A DNA stretch of 64,000 bases, from assembly GCA_965637545.1 (NCBI GenBank), contig OZ281494.1:2418001-2482000 (forward strand), written 5' to 3'. This stretch comes from Phallusia mammillata. Taxonomy: Eukaryota. Position 1 is the first letter of the stretch, and every line of letters starts with the position of its first letter. Shown in pieces: positions 10,673 to 20,660 of this stretch. Both the position numbers and the translations under genes were made by a program. The notes below the pieces were generated by a model. It did not search any database. It was not told where the DNA came from and was given only the letters and a program-made list of their open reading frames with translations.

Positions 10673-13600
10673 TTAGAAGGAGCAGGTATTTCCCACTTTT
10701 GGTGGAGTCAAGTTTTTGCTCAGTTTATGTCCAAGATACATGTACTTGCTTTTCACATCGTCCAGGTCGAGAAAACAAGTCTGAAAAGCAAAGATAGAAT
10801 GAATATCAGTAGTAATGCAAGACGCGATTTAAAATATTAAACGAACGTTTATGTAAAAAAGCTAAATTTAATGGAATATTTAAAAACATATATATTCTAT
10901 GAATCTTGTTTAAATGATAATGGCCAACGTACGTAAACAAACATTGTTTTACAAAAAAAGAAAACTGAGCAAAAGTCCTTGCAAAGCAGAAATAAAAATA
11001 ACTTACATGCCTATGTGTGATTTTAAGGAAAGCATATTTAAAATAAGAAAACGTCGTCAAAGTTGAGAAAAACAAGTCTTGTAAAAGAGAATATTAATCG
11101 TCATTAGCTCATATCTTTAAAAAATCATTGTGATCGACCAAAAGCTTTTTAAGCAAATATTTGTGACCTTTGGAACACTATATACGGATCTGTTCATAAG
11201 TTTAATGGTAAAAATAACGGCCCAAATAGACGTAAAAAGCGACATGCTTTATTGTTCAAATGTTTCGGCAAATGCTTATGCCATCATCAGTGATATTTGT
11301 GACCTGTCGATGAATAAATGGAATAAAGCTTGCTAATGAAAGAAGCAAGAAATTATAGCAATATAAAAAATCTTATTTTCAAATGCATCACCTGCATATG
11401 TCGAGACCCACAATCAGCCACAATTTTTTCCCTTCCATGAACACATCGTCGATTGTTCACAACCATCACATCGCCAGCTTCCAGTCTAAATGTGATCTGA
11501 ACAAAAATAAATGTAACAGAGTTTATGTAATACGGTGGGTGGCATATTGACTTTTTTCTTTTTGACATGCTTAAAACTTTCACAGTTGTTTTGATAAGGC
11601 CAAATGTGATCGGAACAACAATATTGTAACAGAGTTTAAGAAAACATAATGACCTGTCTATGGCACACTTTACACTTTCACAGTTATTTTAATAACGACG
11701 AAATTTTAAACCAAGTTTCTGCAGCTGGGTGAGTACGAATTTATTCGGTAAAATTTGGTTGGTTAATTTTCTTGCTGACAACAAGTTAATTGTTTATGGA
11801 AAACATAATGACTTGTCTAAGACACACTTTTAAAGGTATTTTGATAACGCCTGGTAGCAAAAAATATTTTTGTCAAGTGCTAAGAAAAAGTGAATCTCGT
11901 AGTGGATAAGCGCAACTTTAAACCAAACTTACTGCAATTGAATGAACATGATTTTTAGTAAAATAGGTTTGGTTAATCTCGCGCTGAGAACAAGGCAATT
12001 GTTATTTTTTATGATTTCTTATCACATGTCTCTTATTATTTATGCTTTTTTGTTGTTATTTTTGTAGTCTGTTCTATTGAAAGACAAAGAATTTTTATTA
12101 TCTCTACCTGATTTTCAGGACGGTTTAGGATTTCGCTAAATTTTCTGTGTGCTTTGAAATATCTGTCTACGTCAGATTGACGTAAGCGAACCGGCGCAAA
12201 TTGATCTGGATTCCACGTCACACCCACGATCTGGAAACAAAGTGAGGAAATAGAAAAAATTAAACTGGAAACGTGATTGAAGCATATTCTCTTTGAGCAT
12301 TTACAGAATAATGCTTATCAGATCACGGTTGTAATCATAGAAATCGTAAATCGTAAACATCATGTTTAAATCAATAGTTAAACTTGTCGTTAAATAGTTC
12401 GTGGCTTCCGTCAAAAGTACACGTCAAAACCTTGTGGCTTTCCTGCTCAAACATCAAAACGAAGGATTATGTTCATGTACTTAAAGTAAAGGTGGGGCAC
12501 AAAAGACAATGGACTTCTTACCATAACACCATAATGCCCAAAGTTGTCATTTTGACTGTTTACAAACAATTTTAATAACAAACATCCAAACCTTTCCGAA
12601 GTAATCGAGAACAATATGACATTTCTGATGTTCCATATGACAGGGGTGGGTTATGTTATAGTTGACGATATCAAACGAGGCTGGCACTTCGGTGAGAGTT
12701 TTAAAATCTCCCGGAGATTCTTTGCGGAGAATCTCAGCGGCGTAAAACGCATCAGTGATCCTGGAATTCCCGCCTGACACCGTTTTGTCAAATCTGTTGT
12801 TATTGTAAAACAAAAACACGGAACTGTTCAGGATTTGTACAAAAAATATAACAAACCAAATAATCATAAAAATATAGGTGCTTTATTTTTTAAGAATTTG
12901 ACCAATTCTGTTTCGTGTTATTAGTGATGAACATTTGCAAAAAGTTTGATAATAAGACTGGCCGCTTTTTACCTACATCTGTGCCATATTATTTTTCACA
13001 AAAGTTTTGTCGACTTGTTAGTCTTGTACTAAGTGTATTTTTAAGCAAGCAAATCTCCTACTTTTCAGCAATAAGTGAGTGAAAGTTTTGCTTTCCTTCA
13101 AACGTGACAAAACAGGAACAACAGAATGGTACTCTGTTAAAAACTGTAACATGAACAAAGCATGTACTTGAGGCAATGTAGAAGAAGAACACCAGGGCAA
13201 CTCTCGTATGAAGGTTGGTCCATATGTAGAGGGAGAGCTCCTTTGTTGTTTGAACCATGTTTGCCTCCCGATAAGCGAATGTCGATGTACTGAGTATAAA
13301 TGCCCGGTATTTATACAACCATTTACTTAGCCAAATTAGGTTTACTTTCATATTTCGATTTAACATCACAACGTAACAACTTTGTTGCATGTCAGGCAGT
13401 AGTCAACCACTTCCATCAACTTTTACGGATATTTTATAAGCCGGATAAGCCGTAGACTTTATAAGAAATACTTACGTTGTGGTATATATGCATGCGGTTT
13501 AGATTTTGGTTGACATAATGTTTTTGCAACAAACGCTTAAAATAAACCACAGCAAAGCAAATTTTACCTTTCCATAAGTTGTTTCCAGTAGTGGTGATAG

Positions 13601-16600
13601 TTTTTTGGCAATCTGATATCATAACAAAACAGCAAGATTAGTTTTTAAAAATTTTTGTGTTAAAAAATTCTCTTTACCTCAACGACGATGCCGTTTTCCA
13701 ACGGAACTTGTTTTATGAGACAGAATCCAACCTCCATAATTGTTTTAGCCCATCTGTGTAACGCAATAATTAAACTTTAATATGTATTTTTCCCTGGTAA
13801 AAACTAATCACTGTAATAACTGGTAAAGTGGATTGAATCTAAAGAAACGCTTCAAAGGCGATGGTCAAAAAAGCGTGCAAACAACTTAAATTACTTGTGC
13901 TAATAATGGATATTCTTCAAAGCACATTCCATTACGATTGCTATGGTCACGTGCAGTGTTTTTTAAGGTGTTTTTTTTAATAATGGATATTCTTCAAATT
14001 TCTCCAGCGGTTTCCCAAAATTAAATATGGCTATTTTTTGGTATTTAAATGAAACACTTGCGGTCTCTTAAAACTACTTAGCGGTCACCCAAACCAAACC
14101 TTAAAAAATACCCTGGTCACGTGAGTAAAATTGCGAAAAGGCGTATAACTTTCTTGTCGCTTGAAAATGTTATCGACAAAAAGAAAACCCACTTAAAAAC
14201 GCCTTCGTCGTCGCCCAACTCGCTGTGCGTCATTTTCGGCATCTCTCTCACTCCAGCCGATATTCCATAGCGACTGATGACGTCACGAGCATTAATGACG
14301 TCATGGAGGCATGCGTCACAGTTGCAACGCTCGCGCAGCCATTTTGCCGGGTGCTTGATCACGTGATCTGGGTAAATCTCCCCCGAGATTTGAATTGAAA
14401 GGTTGGTACCTGGGAAGTAGAACATCATAGAAGTTGTGTCTTTATTAAATGTTCTAATTTATTTTACAATACTCGTAATTGAAACTTAACGCTGGAATCA
14501 CCCAGTCCGTTGCTTGGTGGATGAAGAATAAAAAGCCTTATAGCAATAGATGTAAGTTCAAAAAAACACTTAGTCGTTCACCCTTTGGTTTTAAAGATAT
14601 ATATATTTCGCTAATACAGCATCGTCAGTATCTACGAATAAGCAGAAAGATTCATTAAAATAAATGAAATCAGTATGCATAAAAATCTACTAATGAAAGT
14701 GTGAAATAGAATGCTGCTTTATATCGATGTTAATCTTTAATGTTTGTGATCATTTGAATGTATACATGTGTCAGGGATTTGTAAATGATGCAAGTTTAAT
14801 GTGTTAGACCGAAAAACAACTGCACATATTTTCGATTATTGCTTTGAAAGAAGGCGTGATTTATAGTCTAGCATTCTATGTTTTATACTTTAGTGATTGC
14901 CTGTAGTGAGAAGGTCAAATAACCTTACCTTTCTCTCCTACGTCTACTTCAAGAAGATTCATTTCCTCGGGAAAAGCTGGAATATCGACCAGATATAAGC
15001 CCTTGAATTCCGGCACACATTTCTTACATCGACAAAAGAAGCGAAGCCATTTCACGTTAAACCTGTAGCAATTGTAGTAATATTAATAAATGTTTAAATC
15101 AACCAATATTTAGTTGAAGGTCGGGTCAGCTAATGCGCCAGAAATTGAGGAAAAATCGATTCTTTTTTCAAGGCCTGAGTCTGGCTGGAAAATAAATTTA
15201 TCACAGTAATGTAACAGCATAAATGTGGCAGAGTGTATACGTTTGGCCTAAAGCAAGCTCGTTTTATTTCAATCAAAAGCCGAACTGGATAAATGCGACG
15301 CCCTGTTTGGTCTAGATCAGGGATCGCGTGTCAAGGTTGGCACTTAATGTAATTTTTAGGCCCCGAACGATTTGCGTGCATATACAGGAGTTTCATTTAG
15401 AGTGTTTTCAGTTGTCGCTGATATAGATAAAGAATAGTGGAAACAGTTTTTTTTCAATTTACAAATCAATATAATTGACTACTTTTTTCGGCTGCACTAA
15501 TTTTGATAATCAAAAGACAAATTAATGCGTATCAGAAAAGAATGATGACGTTTAAACCAGTGCTCTTCAACCGGGTATACTGTATACCCAAGTGTATACC
15601 ACATTAAAATTAGGGTATACGACTGAAGAAAGGTATACGAAGGGAATATAGCTGAGGTCAGTGTTACTAAACGTCGCTATTTTTATGAAATGCAGGAAGA
15701 CATAGCATGGTGACCAATGTGAGACTGACCTGCTTCTTGTAAATATTATTGCGTCAGGTTGGGATTGTTGCGTCAATAATGTGAATTTTGAAGCAATTAA
15801 GCACATACCTGGAGTATCTGTTAAGGTTGAACAATGTACTTTCTAAAATTTCACTTTTAATATTCCTGGAGTAAAGCATTGCGAATACAAAAAATTGAGA
15901 ACAAGTCAACTCCACAATCCATGTCCAAATCGCTCAAAGAATGCAGCAACAAGCCAGCTATTAAATCAACTTCTTAGGTTTACACACTTTTTTATGCAAA
16001 ATTTCCTGGACGTAGCACAGGGGGTGCACAACCTTTCCGCCGTGACGGTCGCATCGTAAACCCTTATTAATAGTGCCTGATAGCCAATTTAATTTCTAGC
16101 TTGTTACGTAGAACAGTCTATAGGGATCAGGCTTTACTGTTTGTAACGTCACCATCTAAATCAGGGGTTCCTAACCCGGGGTGCACGCACCCCCAAGGGG
16201 TGCGAGAACTGTTCCTAGGGGGTGCGGGGATGCTGAATCATTAAGGTTGGTTAGGTCTATTCTATTTAAGCAATTACAGAAGGGGGAGCGAAAATTGGTT
16301 AGTGATTTGTAAGGGGGTGCGAAAATTGGTTGGTGATTTGAAAGGGGTGCAGCAAGGAAAAAAGGTTAAGAACCACTGATCTAAATTGTGACGCTAATGA
16401 TGCCTGTTTTCACATTGTTTGCCCGTAATAGGCTTACAAAAAGTCTCAAACATGCGGCTTTTGGGCTGTTAATATTTTTTCCAGCCCCTCAAACTAGTTT
16501 TGCAAATCCAAATATTTCAGTTTACATGTTCACGGCCACAGGTTGTCTACTCCTGGCCTTGTATAACAATAATTCACGCGACCAGCCAAGTACCTATTGG

Positions 16601-17111
16601 TATTGGTAGACTGTTACTTTCTGTGCACAATTACAAATTTCTATGTGTAGGGTATACAAAGTTGCTTAAAAATTGTAAAAGGTATACCACGGGAAAAAAG
16701 GTTGAAGAGCACTGGTTTAAACAATCTTAACATTTTTGTCAAATCTTAAAGAAGTTGTTCTTTTTTATACTGGAACGTTTGTATCTTGTCAGAACATATC
16801 TGCAAGTAACCAGGATATTATTTAGTTGTCCAATCTTTCACTTAACAGTCTCAAGCTTATTGCTACAATTCCATACGACGCCGGGTTTGTATGGAAATAT
16901 AACAATCTGTTGTTATTATGACTATAAAAATAAACACTGAATCGCGTATGTTCCTGTAAACCGTTGGTAACGTGTAAAAAATTTGCAACGTCAGCAGGGG
17001 TTTACAAACTTTGCTGATAATTCTTTACCTGCTCAAGTGGGTATCTGCCCAAACCAGCTCGAGATTTTGTTTGTCCAAGCTAATTCGTGATTGCTTAACC
17101 TCATTCGACAT
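10673..17111 (-). CDS. Gamma-butyrobetaine hydroxylase-like Fe(II)/2OG dioxygenase, paralogue B (10 exons, about 404 aa)
   Basis: Exons 17029-17111, 14929-15062, 14193-14409, 13678-13753, 13568-13612, 13168-13289, 12592-12793, 12108-12230, 11392-11496, 10673-10780 (1215 nt, in phase). Motifs: WLRFFCRCKKC, LPLHMDQPSYESCPGVLLLHCLK, FRLEAGDVMVVNNRRCVHGR, SRHMQTCFLDLD. Exon lengths equal those of paralogue A except exon 3 (6 nt shorter). The start ATG at 17111 is chosen by homology to paralogue A. Confidence 0.92.
11213..11295 (-). mobile_element. Penelope-like terminal-repeat fragment with hammerhead motif (family H1, copy b)
   Basis: Minus strand 11293-11256: TCA-CTGATGA-T-GGCA-taagcatt-TGCC-GAAAC-ATT-TGA, then AATAAA. 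Confidence 0.72.
11500..12002. repeat. Degenerate local tandem duplication in dioxygenase B intron 8
   Basis: Repeated blocks TGTAACAGAGTTTA, CTTTCACAGTT.TTTT.ATAA, AAACATAATGAC.TGTCTA and TTTGGTTAAT...GCTGA.AACAAG. Confidence 0.55.
14595..14633 (-). ncRNA. Minimal type-I hammerhead ribozyme in intron 2 of dioxygenase B, sense
   Basis: Minus strand: AGAUA-CUGACGA-U-GCU-guauu-AGC-GAAA-UAUAUA-UAUCU; complete core, 5-bp stem I, 3-bp stem II, self-complementary AUAUAU stem III, AUA cleavage triplet. Confidence 0.72.
15558..16714. mobile_element. hAT-type non-autonomous element hosting nested MITEs
   Basis: 15-bp TIR CAGTGCTCTTCAACC, perfect TSD GTTTAAAC, subterminal GGGTATAC motifs; contains 16018-16555, which contains 16162-16378. 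Confidence 0.88.
16162..16378. mobile_element. hAT-type MITE (innermost nested element)
   Basis: TIRs CAGGGGTTCCTAACC / GGTTAAGAACCACTG; perfect TSD ATCTAAAT. Confidence 0.88.
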
Positions 17112-17599
17112 GTTTCGTCCAGGCACACACTTTTTCCAACTCGATAAGGAAAATACTAACCTAGATCCTGGACGAATGCACAAGTAACTTATAAAAATGA
17201 CGTGTTTCGAATGTTTGGTTTGATTACGTTTCATCTCTACATCATTGATAGCGTCAAACCAAAGGCACGATTGAAAAATGTAACATAGGCTTTCAAGCTA
17301 ACATACAGTCATGTTTACAGTTTTAGAGATCAAAGCACAACCAAACACACGTTGTTTTGAAAAAAACTGTAAAAACATAAAATTCAACAAACTCCATTCA
17401 GATACACAACTGCCACACATGGTTTGTAAACAAACAGACGAATCCTTGACTAAAAACTAAACTGTGACGCTGAGCCGACTTCACTTTGGTTTTCAAGCAG
17501 TTGCTTGGACATTTTGGGCCAGTTTCCTCAGTGGTGTATGCCCCAATTTTGGCATCGCACAGACCAGGTGGGGCACGGGTTTTTAGCCTGTTAGTGCCG

Positions 17600-17690
17600 T
17601 TGGATGGCTACACTAGCCAATACGACCGATCTGTCCTTACCGGCTGCGCTGATGAGAACGTATAAGTCGAAACACTGTGTACCGTCTGGT
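17600..17690 (+). repeat. Family H2 arm with hammerhead-like core
   Basis: TGGCTACACTAGCCAATACG...GCTGCG-CTGATGA-GAAC-gtataa-GTC-GAAA-CACTG-TGTA (17645-17681). Confidence 0.6.
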
Positions 17691-19454
17691 AGACTAAAAA
17701 GGATTATGACTGCACACCAGGGATGCACATGGCATCATACACACACTGCTATAATCTGAGCTATATCACTACAACTAGCGCAAGTGCATTTGTTTAGTGA
17801 ACTCCTACATACCCCTTCGCACTCATGCACCATTGTAGCTGGTGTTCTACACCCTCTAGAGTGCATCTTGTAACACGCTTGATAGCTTCTCATTCGTTTT
17901 ACTCCATTGTCAATTTTTCAGTTTAAAGCACTTTATCAACAACCACAAAAATATTCGGTCGAATCATAATAACGTACGCAACAGCAAAATATCTATTCTT
18001 CTACCACTCGATTGCCTAACGCCATGACCAGACGATCATCGTTTACTTTGTCGCGTTGCCCAAATGTTCTGTGTGTCAAACCACACAAAAAAAAACGTTT
18101 CAGGTCCACACTGAAAACGTGCAACCTAAAAAATGAACAGTTCTAACTTTATCACGATTCGTAGGTTTTGTGCTTTTTTCAGGAAGTTGAACTATTTTCA
18201 CTGGCATCCGTTACTTGGTTAAATACTAAAGCTAACAGCTATTCAGTAATTGATTGGCATGTATATTAAGCACAATATGTAAAGCTCTTTTGCTAGCTTA
18301 AGTCACATGTTAGTACATTACTAAAGTAATACTTCGAATTACTTAATCCCCGGTGCTGCCTTGTAAGTTAACACCAACCTAAACAGTTATCGTTCAAAAC
18401 AGGTGATACTTGCAGTGATTTCTCTTTCTTTCGAAACCCATCCGCTTTCCTAACACAGGTGGTTAGTTTGTGGGCCACACCTCGACTGGTTTCATCAAAC
18501 TCACTTTCTTGTGAGCTTCCGTCACATAACGCTTCATTACCTTGACGTTTTGATAAACGCATGTGACGTCGAAACGTAACATGAGTTTAATTGCCGGTGG
18601 AACAAGAAGGCAAGTTAAATATGCTTGGCAATAACTTTATATTATTTATATTCGACGAGCTGAGCTACAAAGCGATGCGGCGCAGTTACACATGCTTGCT
18701 TTACCTGAAAACCAAAACAAAGCTGGAAAGCCAGGAAACAACGCCACAGTTTTTTTTCCGGAAATGAAGCTGTATTAAAAATACATTTTGCATCCGGACT
18801 GCAAAATTCTGTAATGTGATGCAAACGTTATTTACATATTAACAACATTGTGTGTTAACAGCCTTGGACATAAAAGGCTAATTTAATAAAATTGTCAGAA
18901 ACTTGTGTACCACTATTCGACAACATTCTATTGATTTAAGATTTTAAGTTTAAAGCACAACTAAAGTGAAATGATTAAATTTGTTCCTGTCTAGGCACTA
19001 ATATTTTCCCGGCTTTAAAAGCCTATATGCCTCATTTTCTTGTTTGCCAAATAAAATATTGACATAATGAACATTTTGCGGTAACCAGAGTCATATTACA
19101 AACCGTTACAGTCTGGCATAAAGGTAACCTGCGCTAGCGACAACTAACGTCAAAAATATTCAAACGATTTACGTTTCAGAGCAAATTATTTTCTCCACAA
19201 ATGAACGTCTGATTAGCTGTTGTTTATTTGTCACGTGACCCATACATGGCACACAACAATGTCGAACATAATATTATACCACACTACTTTGTTTTTCACA
19301 GACTGACGATGCTTACAAAAGGGAAACACGTTTATCTTGCTGAAAAATAAGAAACATACTGGATTTTTTATTTAAACAAACTTTGCCTCTGTTCAGCAAT
19401 TGGTTGGCGACATTAGAGTTGTACACTGTGAAGTGATGGCGAAAACGCCATATA

Positions 19455-19604
19455 AAAATTTGTCCGGTATAGGCGAAGTTTCGGATTAACCGATGTCGAT
19501 TAATTAAAGCGTTACCGATGTTACAAATCATTTGTACCTAAAGTTTTGTCTGAATTAGGCGAAGATCCGGATTATCCGAATCCCATTTAATCCAGGTTTA
19601 CTGT
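19455..19604. mobile_element. Tc1/pogo(Tigger)-type MITE fragment
   Basis: Ends ...CCAGGTTTACTG|TA; inverted homologue at 49651-49815 (TA|CAGTAAACCTC...CCGGATCTTCGCCTAATTCAGACAAAACTT); more decayed copies at about 7167-7262 and 52804-52966. Confidence 0.65.
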
Positions 19605-20660
19605 ATAACGCCATAATGTGTCATAGTTTTCAAAAATTGTTCAACTTTTAGGGAATTCAAATAATAATTAAAAGTTTTATTAAACCAGTAAAAGGCCTTT
19701 GAAGTCCTGAGGGGGAAACATATCAAATCACTACATATTTTGGGTTATGTTCGTTCAAACGCGTGAGAATAAAGAATCGCTCTTTCCGTCTGCTGTTACC
19801 AAAATTTTGGCTCTTTCATCTTGTTGGTGATAAAAAGCACTCGTCGATGGGCTCATGGCGTTTTCCATTAGGGTTTTGTTTCAGCACGCCACCGCTAACA
19901 CCTCTCACACACATTAGCATGCCACTAATGGGCATGCCTGATTGTAAATACCAAAACAATTTGTCGAGGGCGCACACGGGTGTTAATTACACTTAAGCAT
20001 CTTGTGACTAACCTTGTACCTTTTATTCGACTCCAGATTTGTCATGTGACAGAAGAAATTATATTTAAATGTAGAACATGGCATGTAAACAATTTATTCA
20101 GTGGGTGATTTGCTGCCAACAGTTACAAACGTCATGTTTGTTTTCTTTGCAAGGAAGTTGATGTGCCAGAAATTCAACTGCAAGAAAACCTATGTAATTG
20201 ACAGCTCAATCATACGATAGTTGCGTTCGAAACAGTCGAAGTAATCTTTGAGAATGGAGTGTTGTGAAAGAAACAAAGTAAATCAACGCTTTGTTGAGCA
20301 TACATATATCGATCTTAAAAATGAAATCACGATTTTAGTGGATATGGAATAGATGCAGAACTTGTTTGTAAATTGAGTGTCTAGTGAAAAAATTTAAAAA
20401 AATTAAAAAAAACTAAAAAAATTTTTGCGTAGGAACTATGCATTTAGATTTTGAAAACAAATTGCTCTTATATATCTTTAACGTTTGATAGACTTCATGT
20501 TTAACGTTTAAGAGAACGAAAAGACTTTTTAACAAGAGCATCGCTTTATATTTGTGCTCACTTGTTTTCTGACTGTGTAATCATAGTAATGTTTAATATA
20601 GTTTGCATAAAAAATCGTCAATGCAAGATATTTTGGGGAATTCTGCTTCAGTTCATCGTA

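Noticed and set aside
17112-17234. Upstream in-frame ATG (17234) extending dioxygenase B
   Set aside because: Paralogue A has an identical 83-nt first coding exon from the downstream ATG, and an acceptor lies at 17168-17170; an extension cannot be fully excluded.
18560-18584. CATGT...GAAACGTA-ACATG, resembling the 3' half of a Penelope hammerhead
   Set aside because: The CUGANGA core is absent, so it cannot be called a ribozyme.
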